Positions 1-9,494 of a stretch of 38,383 nucleotides of DNA are shown here, piece after piece. Within the stretch, counting starts at the first letter, position 1; the number at the start of each line of letters is the position of its first letter. Source of the DNA: Bdellovibrionales bacterium (lineage in GTDB: Bacteria > Bdellovibrionota > UBA1018 > CAIMNF01). Made by a program: the position numbers and the translations under genes. Under the pieces are notes generated by a model. The model had not been told where the DNA came from and did no database searches. It saw only the letters and a list, made by a program, of their open reading frames with translations. Location of the stretch: positions 1 through 38,383 of the forward strand of contig JBEIJY010000027.1 in NCBI GenBank assembly GCA_040380025.1, written 5' to 3'.

Positions 1-152
1 CCCAGGACCGCTTTGTCCCCGAGGGCTGCGACTTTGCCGTTCACTGTGACGAGACCGTCCCGGATCAGCTCCTCGGCGTCCCTTCTTGATGCGACTCCGA
101 CCTGCGCGATGATCTTCTGTAGACGCTCGCCTTCTTTTTTTACTTCAGACAT
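1..152 (-). CDS. rluB: Ribosomal large subunit pseudouridine synthase (RluB-like), N-terminal S4 domain; partial, runs off the window
   Basis: Manual translation from ATG at 152: [47 protein letters not shown], a typical RsuA/RluB S4 start. Canonical position after scpB. Not in the ORF track. Confidence 0.85.
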   Translation of the reverse strand, partial: MSEVKKEGERLQKIIAQVGVASRRDAEELIRDGLVTVNGKVAALGDKAVL

Positions 153-1536
153 GTGACCCTTTCTCTTTGCCCTGCTGGAGGCTCGCAATCTGCGCGAGCT
201 CCTCCATGCTGAGCTGTTCTTCTTCTCTGGTTTCGGTTGTGGCGGTGGTTTGTGCCACAGTTTCTGCGATCGGTTCACCGCCGCTTGAGGCGGTCTCAAA
301 CCCGAATTCGCGCGTCAGAATCGCTTCAGCCTCTTCGCCGGTGATCCCCTGGCTTGCCAGTTCCTTCTGGCGCTCCAAGTATGGTGTCGAGATGTCGATC
401 GTCTTCACGCGTTCGCGAATCTCTTGCAAGATCTTCTCGTCCTCGCGCGCATCGTAATCGAGGTGATTCGACTCGGTCTTCATCTGGGTCACGAGTTTTC
501 TCATCTGGATCACCCGCGGGTCTTCGGCGCCTTCTTCGGTCGACGCAAGTTGGGGAACCATCGCCTCGATCTCGCGAAGCGGCGGCAGATCCGAGAGGGC
601 CATCAGGCCGAATACCTCAAGAAAGGTATCGGTGGTGGTGTAAATCATGGGTCTTCCCGCGGCCTCCGAGCGACCGGTGACCTCGATGAGCTTCCGGTCA
701 AGGAGCGTGCGAATGAAGTGCGAGCTGTCAACGCCGCGGATCTGATCGATGTCGTCCTTCGTGCAGGGTTGCTTGTAGGCGCAAATCGTCAGCGTCTCCA
801 TCGCTCCCCGCGAGAGGCGCTGGATCTGCACTTTCGCGAGCTTCCGGATCAGGGGCGCCTTGTTCGGCTTCGTGCGGAGCTGGTATCCGCCGGCGACTTC
901 GGCGATCTCAAAGCCGCGATTCGCCGTCTGATAAGAGGCTTTCAATTGTTCGATCGCCTGGAGCAGGGGCGCATCTTCGATCCCGCCCAGCTCCAAAAGT
1001 TCCTTCATGCGCTTCAGCGAGATGGGCCGGTCCGAATAGAACAAAAGCGCATCCATGCAGCTCTGAAGATCATCGAGATCAAACTCGCCTGAGTGGTTCG
1101 CACGGGGAAGGGCGGCAAGGAGGGCTGCATCCTGCTCGCTCATCTCTTCGGCCTCGGGTTCCATTGCGGGTTCTTCCAGAAGCTGTTCACGGAGTTCCGG
1201 GGTTTCGAGGATCGTGTCGTCTGCGACCAGATCGGCGTTCAACGAGAGCAGATCCTGGGAGGTTTGCATTGCAAGCGCTTCCATCGCGCGAATGTGCTCC
1301 TCGTCGTTTGCTTTCATCGCCTCGGCGATGCGGTCCAGGTTCTGGTCAGATGCCTCGGGATCAAAACCCGCGAGTACGTCCGATTCCAGCGCCGGATCTT
1401 CTGCCATTTCTTCCAAAAGACTCTGCGCGCGCCGGAGGGTCGCGATGTCGATCACCGAATCGTCTTCGGTGGTCTCTGGCATTTGTTCCCCGTCGGGCAT
1501 GATTTCAGATTCGAACTCATTCGGATGGTCGCTCAT
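145..1536 (-). CDS. scpB: SMC-Scp complex subunit ScpB with long acidic N- and C-terminal extensions
   Basis: Core motifs [55 protein letters not shown]; follows scpA with ATGA overlap. Confidence 0.95.
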   Translation of the reverse strand: MSDHPNEFESEIMPDGEQMPETTEDDSVIDIATLRRAQSLLEEMAEDPALESDVLAGFDPEASDQNLDRIAEAMKANDEEHIRAMEALAMQTSQDLLSLNADLVADDTILETPELREQLLEEPAMEPEAEEMSEQDAALLAALPRANHSGEFDLDDLQSCMDALLFYSDRPISLKRMKELLELGGIEDAPLLQAIEQLKASYQTANRGFEIAEVAGGYQLRTKPNKAPLIRKLAKVQIQRLSRGAMETLTICAYKQPCTKDDIDQIRGVDSSHFIRTLLDRKLIEVTGRSEAAGRPMIYTTTDTFLEVFGLMALSDLPPLREIEAMVPQLASTEEGAEDPRVIQMRKLVTQMKTESNHLDYDAREDEKILQEIRERVKTIDISTPYLERQKELASQGITGEEAEAILTREFGFETASSGGEPIAETVAQTTATTETREEEQLSMEELAQIASLQQGKEKGSHV

Positions 1537-2342
1537 TTGCTGATCTCCCCTGTGCGGACATATTCAAATCCCGATGCCTGGCTCACGTCAAAACCGGCAA
1601 GCTCCTCGAGCAATTCGAGAAAAATCGGGTCAAAGGCGTTTTCTTGGTAAATCTTGAGCTTCTTCAGGCGCGAGAGCTCGAGCGAGGCAAGAAACCCCAC
1701 GACCCACTCGCCACGGACCTTCTGGTCCGAGATCATCGTCTCGAGCGCCGTGATCTGGCCCGGCGTGAGCCTTCGGCCGAATTCCTTCAGCTTCTCGGCA
1801 AGCGACACGGTTTCTTTTTTCATGACGACCCGCTGGCGCCGCTGCTCGCGGATCAAAAGGTCCTGATAGGTCGTCGCAATCGAGCTCGGGTTCATCTCGC
1901 GCCAAATGCGCTCGATGGGCGGCCTCCGGTTCGGACGCGAGAACACCTGTTCTCCGAGGTGCGGAAGGGCCGCGACTTTGCCCGAGGCCTCAAGGTAGGC
2001 CTGACGGAGCATGAGCCGTCGCACGAGCTCTTCCTGGGTCAGGGGAGGCTCGCTCTCGTCGGTTCCTGCCGTTTCTTCCTCGTCCTTCGGCATGAGGGCC
2101 TTCGACTTCCAAAGAATCAGCGTCGCCGCCATAACGAGGAACTCCGATGCGATGTCGAAGTCCATCTCCTGCATGAGCTTCAGTGCGTGCAGGTACTGAT
2201 CGGTGATTTTTGAAATCGATACGGTTGAGATGTCGAGTTCCTGACTCTGGATCAGGTAGAGCATGAGGTCCAAGGGACCTTCGAACTGTTCCAGTCGGAT
2301 CGTGATCGGACGCCCCGCGTTCATTCCTGCTGTCAGACTCAT
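1533..2342 (-). CDS. scpA: Segregation and condensation protein A (kleisin)
   Basis: FEGPLDLMLYLI, ITDQYL, ASEFLVMAATL, FLASLEL motifs. Confidence 0.95.
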   Translation of the reverse strand: MSLTAGMNAGRPITIRLEQFEGPLDLMLYLIQSQELDISTVSISKITDQYLHALKLMQEMDFDIASEFLVMAATLILWKSKALMPKDEEETAGTDESEPPLTQEELVRRLMLRQAYLEASGKVAALPHLGEQVFSRPNRRPPIERIWREMNPSSIATTYQDLLIREQRRQRVVMKKETVSLAEKLKEFGRRLTPGQITALETMISDQKVRGEWVVGFLASLELSRLKKLKIYQENAFDPIFLELLEELAGFDVSQASGFEYVRTGEISK

Positions 2343-2346
2343 GGCG

Positions 2347-3369
2347 CTATTTTCCGATAAATCCGATTCGTTTGTAAACTTCGTTCAGAACTTTTTCAGC
2401 CCGGGCGGCGGCCGTTTCGCGTCCTGCTTGAAGAATCCGGTTCAAGGATTCACGATCTTTCAAGATTTCCTCGATTTTTTCGCGAATCGGGCGAATGTGC
2501 TCGACGGCGATGTTCGCCGTGTCCGCCTTCAGGTAGCCGTATTGCCTGCCCGCATAACGAGAAAGCACTGCGTTATATTCCTCGCCCAAAAACGAGGCTT
2601 GGATCTGAATCAGGTTCCGGATCCCGTCGGATTGCTCCTCGGCTTTGACCTCGCTCCCCGAGTCGGTGACCGCGCGTTTGAACTTTTTTTCGATCTCTTT
2701 GTCGGAGTCATTCAAGAACACACAGGCCCCGGGGGCCGGGTCCGATTTCGACATCTTCTGATCGGGGTTCTGCAGGCTCATGATCCGCGCCCCGGTTTTT
2801 GCGATCATGGGCTCGGGAACACGAAACAACGGCGATTCCTCGCCGCCGGCGCCTTTCGGGTAGCGGTGGTTCATCCGCTCGGCCAGGTCCCGCGTCAGTT
2901 CCAAATGCTGCTTTTGGTCTTCTCCCACCGGCACCAGATGTGTTCCATACAAAAGAATATCGGCCGCCATCAGAACCGGATACGTGAAAAGCCCGGTCGG
3001 AATGTGGGCGCCGTGTTTTTGGCTTTTGTCTTTGTACTGGGTCATGCGCGAGAGCTCGCCCATGCTCGAGTGACAGGTCAGGATCCAGGCAAGCTCGGCG
3101 TGCGCCGGGACCTGTGATTGAACAAAAAGCGTTGCCTTTGCGGGATCAATGCCGCAGGCGATGTAGGTCGCAATGGAGCGGTATGTGTTCTCGCGCAAAA
3201 GAGCGGGGTCTTGCTCGACGGTGATCGAGTGCAGATCCACGGCAAAGAAAAGGCAGTCGTACTGGTCGAGGTACCCGACCCAGTTCCGGATCGCACCAAG
3301 ATAATTCCCGATGTGGGCCGAGTTCGTGGGCTGAACGGCCGAGAGCACGACCTTTTTGGCTGGATTCAT
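2347..3369 (-). CDS. trpS: Tryptophanyl-tRNA synthetase
   Basis: HIGN and KMSKS class I motifs; YPVLMAADILLY; VPVGEDQKQHLELTRD. Confidence 0.97.
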   Translation of the reverse strand: MNPAKKVVLSAVQPTNSAHIGNYLGAIRNWVGYLDQYDCLFFAVDLHSITVEQDPALLRENTYRSIATYIACGIDPAKATLFVQSQVPAHAELAWILTCHSSMGELSRMTQYKDKSQKHGAHIPTGLFTYPVLMAADILLYGTHLVPVGEDQKQHLELTRDLAERMNHRYPKGAGGEESPLFRVPEPMIAKTGARIMSLQNPDQKMSKSDPAPGACVFLNDSDKEIEKKFKRAVTDSGSEVKAEEQSDGIRNLIQIQASFLGEEYNAVLSRYAGRQYGYLKADTANIAVEHIRPIREKIEEILKDRESLNRILQAGRETAAARAEKVLNEVYKRIGFIGK

Positions 3370-3383
3370 ACGAAAGAACTATC

Positions 3384-3410
3384 AAAAAACGCGGGTTTCC
3401 GAAACCCCGG
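3384..3410 (-). terminator. Putative intrinsic terminator after coaX
   Basis: Minus strand CCGGGGTTTCGGAAACCCGCGTTTTTT: GGGTTT/AAACCC stem followed by T6, just after the coaX stop. The stem is short. Confidence 0.5.
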
Positions 3411-3412
3411 AA

Positions 3413-4204
3413 TCACTCTTCGAGATTCATCCGTAGCGCGATCAGAAGCCCGTGAAGCACCAGATCGGGAATCTCGACATCAAAGATTCCGGTTCCCTGA
3501 AACAGCCTCGAAAACCCGCCGGTGCCGATCACAAAAGGCTTTTGCCCCGCGAACACCTCGGTCTGGTAGCGGGCGATCAGCTCGCGCATGGCGCCCAGAT
3601 GCGCGTAAAACAGCCCACTCTGGATGCTCTCGATCGTGGAGCGTCCGCAGGCCGATTCGGGGGTCACGATTTCGACCATGGGGAGCTTCGCGGTGCGGGA
3701 TTCGAGCGCCTCCATCGAGATCCGGAGTCCCGGAATGATCGCTCCGCCGAGGTAGTCTTTTTCTTCGGTGATGGCGCAAAAGGTGGTTGCCGTGCCGAGA
3801 TCAATGATGATCGTGTTCCTTCCCGGGAACTCGTGAATCGCGGCAATCGCGTTTGCGATCCGGTCGGCTCCGACCTCAAGCGGGTTCCGGTAGCGGATTC
3901 GGAGTCCGGTCTTGACCCCGGCCTGAAGAAGAAATGGCTGGATTCCGAAGTACTTCTGGCACGCGCCGCGAAGACTGTGCATGGTTCCGGGCACCACCGA
4001 GCAGATCCCGATCCTGGTGATGCTCTGCGGGTTGATCGAGTTTTCTTTCAGCACCGAGCACAAGAACAATCCGAGCTCGTCACTGCTCGCATTGTTCTGG
4101 GTGCTTTTGCGAAAGCGAAACATCGGCTCGCGCGCATCGTGCTCGAGGCTCTCGACCACTCCGCCGAAGATCTGGCTGTTTCCGACATCAAGCAAAAGAA
4201 TCAT
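3413..4204 (-). CDS. coaX: Type III pantothenate kinase
   Basis: Start trimmed to [40 protein letters not shown] motifs. Confidence 0.95.
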   Translation of the reverse strand: MILLLDVGNSQIFGGVVESLEHDAREPMFRFRKSTQNNASSDELGLFLCSVLKENSINPQSITRIGICSVVPGTMHSLRGACQKYFGIQPFLLQAGVKTGLRIRYRNPLEVGADRIANAIAAIHEFPGRNTIIIDLGTATTFCAITEEKDYLGGAIIPGLRISMEALESRTAKLPMVEIVTPESACGRSTIESIQSGLFYAHLGAMRELIARYQTEVFAGQKPFVIGTGGFSRLFQGTGIFDVEIPDLVLHGLLIALRMNLEE

Positions 4205-5456
4205 GGGGGGGGCTCTCCTGAATGGGGTGGGGCTCGGGTGTTTTGGTCGCAAGAATGTCCTGAATCGCCGAGATCAGCGCGCTCCGGTCACGGAACTCCA
4301 GAAGCGGCTCGTATTGACCGTTTTTACGAACGAAAATCCGGCCCTTGTGCGAATCCGGTCCGACATCCTTCAGGTGATTCTGGATGACCCACTCGGAATC
4401 GTAGGTTTCGAGCTTCGGGTCCGTGCTTTCGTCGATCGTGAGTTTGAACGAGATGATCCGAAGATCGCGGTTCCTGCTCCATCCGCGGAGCTCGCGGATG
4501 ATCTTCGGGTTCGGGCGCAACTTCAGCGTGAGCGGGCCCGGTTTTTGGATTTTGCCCGCGAGAACGACCGGTGCCCCGATCTCATCCTCGGCCGATTCGA
4601 CATGATAATCGGCAACCGCCGCCGCATGAATCACAAAATCATAGGGCTCGGACTCGAGCTCGAGGCGGATTTTTGCGGCAAAATCGCGGGTCGTCGAATA
4701 GAGCTGAAGGTTCCGGATTCCCTCGCGGGCGGACGAGTACACCGATTGCAGAAGGGTCACGGAATGGCCCGATTTTTGAAGTGCCTGTGCGACGGCATGC
4801 CCGGTTCGTCCCGTGCTGAAATTGCTGAGGTGCCGGACCTCATCGATCGGCTCGGTGGTGCCGCCCGCCGTGACCAAGATCTTGAGCGGGCTCTGAATCG
4901 CCTCTGTTCGCCGGAGCCACGCTTGAATTTCCCTCAGCGCCTCTTCGGGCTCCATGAGCCGTCCTTGCCCGGTTTCGCCGCAGGCGAGCGCACCGGAGCC
5001 TGGCTCAAGAATCGCAACGCCGAACGAGCGAAGAGCGTCCAGGTTCTTCTGAAGCACCGGATGCTTCCACATGGCCTGATTCATGGCAGGGGCAAGCAGG
5101 TAAGGCTTTTTGAACTCATGAGCAAGAAACAATTGCCCGATCAGACCCTCGCCCGATCCTTGCGCAAGCGAAGAAATCGTATGCGCCGAGGCGGGGTAGA
5201 CGATCAGCAAATCGGCCCAGCGTTCGAGCTCAATGTGCGCCATCATTGCGCCTGACTCGAACGGGTCCGAATGCACGGGGTTTCCTGTGATCCCCTCGAA
5301 GGTGGCAGCTCCGACGAACTCGAGCGCGCTTTTTGAGAGTACCGTCCGGACTTCAAATCCTTCTTTTTCGAGCATCGAGGCAAGAGCGGCCGCCTTGAAT
5401 GCGGCGATGGAGCCGCTCACCTGAAGGAGGATTTTTTTTCGTTCAGAGTCTGACAT
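4188..5456 (-). CDS. coaBC: Bifunctional phosphopantothenoylcysteine decarboxylase / phosphopantothenate-cysteine ligase
   Basis: [31 protein letters not shown] (CoaC); [29 protein letters not shown] (CoaB). Confidence 0.95.
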   Translation of the reverse strand: MSDSERKKILLQVSGSIAAFKAAALASMLEKEGFEVRTVLSKSALEFVGAATFEGITGNPVHSDPFESGAMMAHIELERWADLLIVYPASAHTISSLAQGSGEGLIGQLFLAHEFKKPYLLAPAMNQAMWKHPVLQKNLDALRSFGVAILEPGSGALACGETGQGRLMEPEEALREIQAWLRRTEAIQSPLKILVTAGGTTEPIDEVRHLSNFSTGRTGHAVAQALQKSGHSVTLLQSVYSSAREGIRNLQLYSTTRDFAAKIRLELESEPYDFVIHAAAVADYHVESAEDEIGAPVVLAGKIQKPGPLTLKLRPNPKIIRELRGWSRNRDLRIISFKLTIDESTDPKLETYDSEWVIQNHLKDVGPDSHKGRIFVRKNGQYEPLLEFRDRSALISAIQDILATKTPEPHPIQESPPHDSFA

Positions 5457-6216
5457 TGTCAATGAGCCTCACTTCCCCGAGCCATGCGGCAACGTAGCGG
5501 CGGATTCCGTTCGCGGCGGGTCTGTCGACCAGATACTCGACCCGGAACCCGAGCGCTTCGAGTCTTTTTTTTGCCTCTTCTGCCGAAGAAATCGTCGAAA
5601 TCGTCTCGTATAGCCCGGGCGCACGGGCAAGCTCGTCCGGGCCCAGCCGAAGATTCCGCGAGCTCATTGCCAATCCCGATGGCTCCCGCACCGTCGCACA
5701 GGGGACGATCTCGGTGTCGAGAAAAAACGCACCCGCCATGTCGGTGATCAGCGACAACTGCTGATGGTCTTTTTCTCCGAAATACGCGCGATCGGCCTTT
5801 GCGATCTGCAGGAGCTTCAGGACCACCGTCAGGACCCCGTCAAAGTGCCCTGGACGGAATGCGCCGCAAAGCTCGTTCGAGAATCCGGTCTCGGTGACCC
5901 GATAACGATAGTGGTCGGGGTATAGCTCATCTTTCGATCGGGGCGCAAAAACCGCAGAAGCCCCCCGGCTCCGGCAAAGGGCGAGGTCTGCATCGAGGGT
6001 TTTCGGGTATTTCTCAAAATCCGAGGATTGATTGAACTGGGTCGGATTCACAAAAATCGTCGCCACCGAGTGATGGTTTTCGCGTGCGGATCGCTCGATC
6101 AAAGAGGCATGCCCCGCATGGAGCGCCCCCATGGTGGGCACAAGACCCACGGTTTCATCTCGGGGGAGGGATCGTCTCCATGACCGGAACTCTGTTGCTG
6201 TCTCGAAGATCTTCAC
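5443..6216 (-). CDS. panC: Pantoate--beta-alanine ligase
   Basis: VPTMGALHAGH, FVNPTQF, RPGHFDGV, FGEKD, GLAMSSRN, RLIDN; GTG start. Confidence 0.97.
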   Translation of the reverse strand: MKIFETATEFRSWRRSLPRDETVGLVPTMGALHAGHASLIERSARENHHSVATIFVNPTQFNQSSDFEKYPKTLDADLALCRSRGASAVFAPRSKDELYPDHYRYRVTETGFSNELCGAFRPGHFDGVLTVVLKLLQIAKADRAYFGEKDHQQLSLITDMAGAFFLDTEIVPCATVREPSGLAMSSRNLRLGPDELARAPGLYETISTISSAEEAKKRLEALGFRVEYLVDRPAANGIRRYVAAWLGEVRLIDNVRL

Positions 6217-7007
6217 GAGTAACTCTCTTTCTCGTTCGGGAAGGCTCCATTCGTGACGTCGTCATGAAACCGCTGAAAGGCCTCGAGGAAAACCCGTTCG
6301 CCATCGAGATACGTGCGCAGGAATTTCGGCCGAAACCCCGGACTGAACCCCAAGAGATCCTGAAGCACCAGGACCTGTCCGTCGATATCGGCGCCTGCTC
6401 CGATTCCGATCACGGGGATTGAAATGAGGTTTGCAATCTTCGCGGCGACCGAAGCAGGAACGCATTCGAGGACGAGCGCGAATGCGCCCGCCTCTTCGAA
6501 ACGCTTCGCGTCCCCGATCAGCCGGTCTTGTTCTTCTGCAGATTTGGCCTGGACCTTCATTCCGCCGAAGGCGTTCACGAACTGGGGCGTGAGTCCGAGA
6601 TGTCCCATGACCGGAATGCCTGATTCCACAAGGTGCGAGACCAGCACCTCATTGCCGGCGATTCCCTCGATTTTGACGGCATGGGCCCCGGCACGAAGAA
6701 GTGCCCCCGCTGACTCGATGCCGGCTTCCAAAGTCTTGCGGGTCGAAAGAAAGGGCATATCGGCCACGATGAATTTTTTTCCCCGGCAGGCGCGTGCCAC
6801 CGATGCCGTGAAGAACGCGATCGATTCCACGCTGGCCTGAATGGTCGAATCATGTCCTTCCATGACCATGGCCGAGCTGTCTCCGATCAGGAGGATGTCG
6901 ATCGGGCTCTCCGAGAGAATTCTCGCAAAGGCCGCATCGTAACAGGTGATCATCGAGAGCTTTTTCTTCTCGGTCTTTCGTTTCTTGAACTCCGGAACCG
7001 TGATCAT
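6213..7007 (-). CDS. panB: 3-methyl-2-oxobutanoate hydroxymethyltransferase
   Basis: MITCYD, LIGDS, VADMPF, AVKIEG, MGHLGLTPQ, IGIGAG, DGQVLV motifs. Confidence 0.97.
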   Translation of the reverse strand: MITVPEFKKRKTEKKKLSMITCYDAAFARILSESPIDILLIGDSSAMVMEGHDSTIQASVESIAFFTASVARACRGKKFIVADMPFLSTRKTLEAGIESAGALLRAGAHAVKIEGIAGNEVLVSHLVESGIPVMGHLGLTPQFVNAFGGMKVQAKSAEEQDRLIGDAKRFEEAGAFALVLECVPASVAAKIANLISIPVIGIGAGADIDGQVLVLQDLLGFSPGFRPKFLRTYLDGERVFLEAFQRFHDDVTNGAFPNEKESYS

Positions 7008-7834
7008 GAGCGAGTCCTTTCTTCGGGGGAATTCGGCATTTTTGCGCGAAATTCCAAAAAATAATCCAAAAACGCCCGATACAGCCGCGATTCGGGTGTG
7101 GATCCCATCGCGCGCAGATGGGTGTCGATGGTGTCATGGTCTCCCCGGACCAGGGGACCGGTCAGCGAACTGATTCCATGGGCGACAAAGTTCTTCAGGG
7201 TCTGGTTCAAAATCGGCTCGGCCCGCGCGACGGGGATGAGGTCCGAGATTCCCCCTGCCCGAAACGCCGCCTCCCAAAGGAGCAAAGAAAAATTCGAGAG
7301 CATCACGCACGTCGCATGATATCGCGCGCGATCGGCCCCCGAAATGACGCTGACGGGGTTCGGAAGCACGGCCTGCAAACTTCGAAGAATCTCCGGGGCT
7401 CCTGCGAGTTCTTCTTTGAATAGTGTCAGCGGAGTTTCTTGATACGAAGCGAGAGGATAAAGGTCCGGGCCGAAAGTCATGAGCGGATGAACCGTGATCG
7501 CGTCGGGGATTGCACACGCCGCGCTCGAGTGAAGGACAGGAATTCCGGGATGCTCTGCCCGAAGGGCCCCGCACACTGCGGGCAGGGCCTGATCGGACAC
7601 GAGCACCCAAAGATGAGTGCTGGCTTTGGCAAGTGCCGGAGGAACCGGCTTTCTCGGCTCGTTCCAGGCCAGATGCGGGATGGATGCTTTTGTGAAGTAG
7701 TGATCAAGATGACGCGCGAGTCTTCCGCTCCCGATCAGGAGCGGCCGAAAACGATCATCGGTTTCGGGCAATGCTTTTGAATTCATGACTTCTGGTACCT
7801 GTCCCGGATCGGAGATCAAGTCCGTTTCTCGCAC
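7004..7834 (-). CDS. panG: Rossmann-like / DUF2520 domain protein, probable alternative ketopantoate reductase (PanG type); start may be ATG 7786
   Basis: IGSGRLA nucleotide-binding motif, LHSSA, HPLMTF, YHATCVMLSN, LTGPLVRGD..TI..H; coupled to panB. Confidence 0.8.
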   Translation of the reverse strand: MRETDLISDPGQVPEVMNSKALPETDDRFRPLLIGSGRLARHLDHYFTKASIPHLAWNEPRKPVPPALAKASTHLWVLVSDQALPAVCGALRAEHPGIPVLHSSAACAIPDAITVHPLMTFGPDLYPLASYQETPLTLFKEELAGAPEILRSLQAVLPNPVSVISGADRARYHATCVMLSNFSLLLWEAAFRAGGISDLIPVARAEPILNQTLKNFVAHGISSLTGPLVRGDHDTIDTHLRAMGSTPESRLYRAFLDYFLEFRAKMPNSPEERTRS

Positions 7835-7843
7835 GAAACCCTA

Positions 7844-8542
7844 TCACATCGAAATCACAGAGATCAAGGCGGAGGGCGGGCACTGCGTGATCCAAGACGA
7901 AAGCCCCAAAATCAGGTTCTCGACGAACCGGATCGGGCCACCCAGAAGCGACAGTACGCCGGTGAACAAAAGACCGAGCAGAATGAAGAAACTGTATTGT
8001 CCGAGCTGCTCGTATTTTTGCATGGCAGGGTACGAGAGCATGCTTTCGACGATTTTACTGCCATCGAGTGGCGGAATCGGAATCAGATTGAAGGCCCCGA
8101 GCCAGAGATTGATCTCGATTCCGGCAAAAAGCATTTTTGAGAATTCTTTATAAAAGTAAAATTCCGGGCTTGCGAGCTTCACCATCAAGCAGAGGGTAAA
8201 GGCGCAGGTGATCGAAAGAAGCAGGTTCGCGAACGGTCCCGCAAGCGCCACCCAGAAGAGGCCCGGCCGGAATTTGCGAAATCGCGCAGGGTTGATCGGC
8301 ACGGGGCGTGCCCAGCCGATCAGAATCGGCACTCCGGTGACCATGTTCAGGATCGGGAAGAGAAGCGTCCCGATCGGATCGATATGAGCCGCGGGATTGA
8401 TCGTAAGCCGGCCCGAGTTCTTGGCAGTGTCATCCCCCCAATAGTGCGCCGCCACGGCGTGACCCAGCTCGTGGATGATGACCGCAAAAAGAAAGGGCAC
8501 GAATTGCTCGCCAAGCCTGAGAAGTCCGAGTCTGAGATCCAT
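7844..8542 (-). CDS. Site-2 protease family (M50) intramembrane metalloprotease
   Basis: HELGH zinc motif, GRLTINP, VALAGP, FNLIPIPPLDG; several hydrophobic segments. Confidence 0.93.
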   Translation of the reverse strand: MDLRLGLLRLGEQFVPFLFAVIIHELGHAVAAHYWGDDTAKNSGRLTINPAAHIDPIGTLLFPILNMVTGVPILIGWARPVPINPARFRKFRPGLFWVALAGPFANLLLSITCAFTLCLMVKLASPEFYFYKEFSKMLFAGIEINLWLGAFNLIPIPPLDGSKIVESMLSYPAMQKYEQLGQYSFFILLGLLFTGVLSLLGGPIRFVENLILGLSSWITQCPPSALISVISM

Positions 8543-8575
8543 GGCCGATGGTATACCCCGAGGCGGGGCTGAAGT

Positions 8576-9493
8576 TCACTCTTTTTTCCCCCGCGGGTGG
8601 TATCGGCGCACCACTTCGCGGAGGTGCTCGGGCGCGACATGGGTGTAAACTCCCGTCGTTTGCAGGTCGGCATGCCCGAGGAGGCTTTGAAGCACACGCA
8701 GGTTCATGCCGCGGCTCAAGAGGTCCGTGGCAAAGGTGTGGCGGATCCTATGGGGGTGCAGGCCCGGAATTCCGGCCTGAAGGGCGATTTTTCCGAGAGT
8801 CTTCCAGAAGGCGTTCCGGGTCAGGGGTGCGCCCGTGAGGCCCACGAAAAAAGTGTCCGAGTCCGGGTTCAAAAGGGGACGTGCTTCGTTCCGGTACCGA
8901 TGAAGCAGTTCGCTTACGAACGGGGGGAAGGGGATGATCCGTTCCTTGTTGCGCTTTCCGGTCACGCGGAGAAGTCCGCTTTCGGTGTCGAGTTTTTGGG
9001 TCTGGACCGAGATGAGCTCGCTCACCCGAAGTCCCGTGGCATAGAGCAAATAAATCATCGTGCGGTCGCGCAGTCGAAGCGCCCCGGCACGCGTGCCCTC
9101 GTACGGCAGACCCTGATCGGCCGTTTGCAAGAGCGCAGTCAAGTCTTCCTCACGGAGCGCCTTCGGCAGACGTTTCGGAGTTACCGGGGTTGCGATGAAC
9201 AAGGTCGGGTCTTCGCCGATCACGCCCTCGCGGCCCAAAAAGCGGTAAAACTGGCGGAGCGCGGAGATCTTCCGGGCAATCGAGGTCGATTCAAGATTCT
9301 TCGACTTCAGCGCCGACAGGAATGTTTCGATGTCGTCCTCGGTACGCGCAGAAAGGGAAGTCTCGCTTTGCGCAAGAAACTGCCGGAGATCGCGCGCATA
9401 TGAAGCGATCGTATTGGTGGAAGCGCCGCGGTCGATCTTCAGGTGACGAAGAAAAAGCTCAACGAGGGAATCCGATTCCGCATTGGATTCCAT
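8576..9493 (-). CDS. xerD: Tyrosine recombinase XerD
   Basis: Start trimmed to MESNAES; TIASYARDL, LYATGLRVSEL, GKRNKER, HRIRHTFAT, LLGHADLQTTGVYTH, HPR end. Context next to S2P/trpS/scpAB fits XerD; XerC not excluded. Confidence 0.85.
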   Translation of the reverse strand: MESNAESDSLVELFLRHLKIDRGASTNTIASYARDLRQFLAQSETSLSARTEDDIETFLSALKSKNLESTSIARKISALRQFYRFLGREGVIGEDPTLFIATPVTPKRLPKALREEDLTALLQTADQGLPYEGTRAGALRLRDRTMIYLLYATGLRVSELISVQTQKLDTESGLLRVTGKRNKERIIPFPPFVSELLHRYRNEARPLLNPDSDTFFVGLTGAPLTRNAFWKTLGKIALQAGIPGLHPHRIRHTFATDLLSRGMNLRVLQSLLGHADLQTTGVYTHVAPEHLREVVRRYHPRGKKE

Positions 9494-9494
9494 C

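Noticed and set aside
8576..9493. Tyrosine recombinase as a prophage or island integrase
   Set aside because: Its size and motifs fit housekeeping XerD/XerC, it sits among core genes, and no phage or att features are adjacent.
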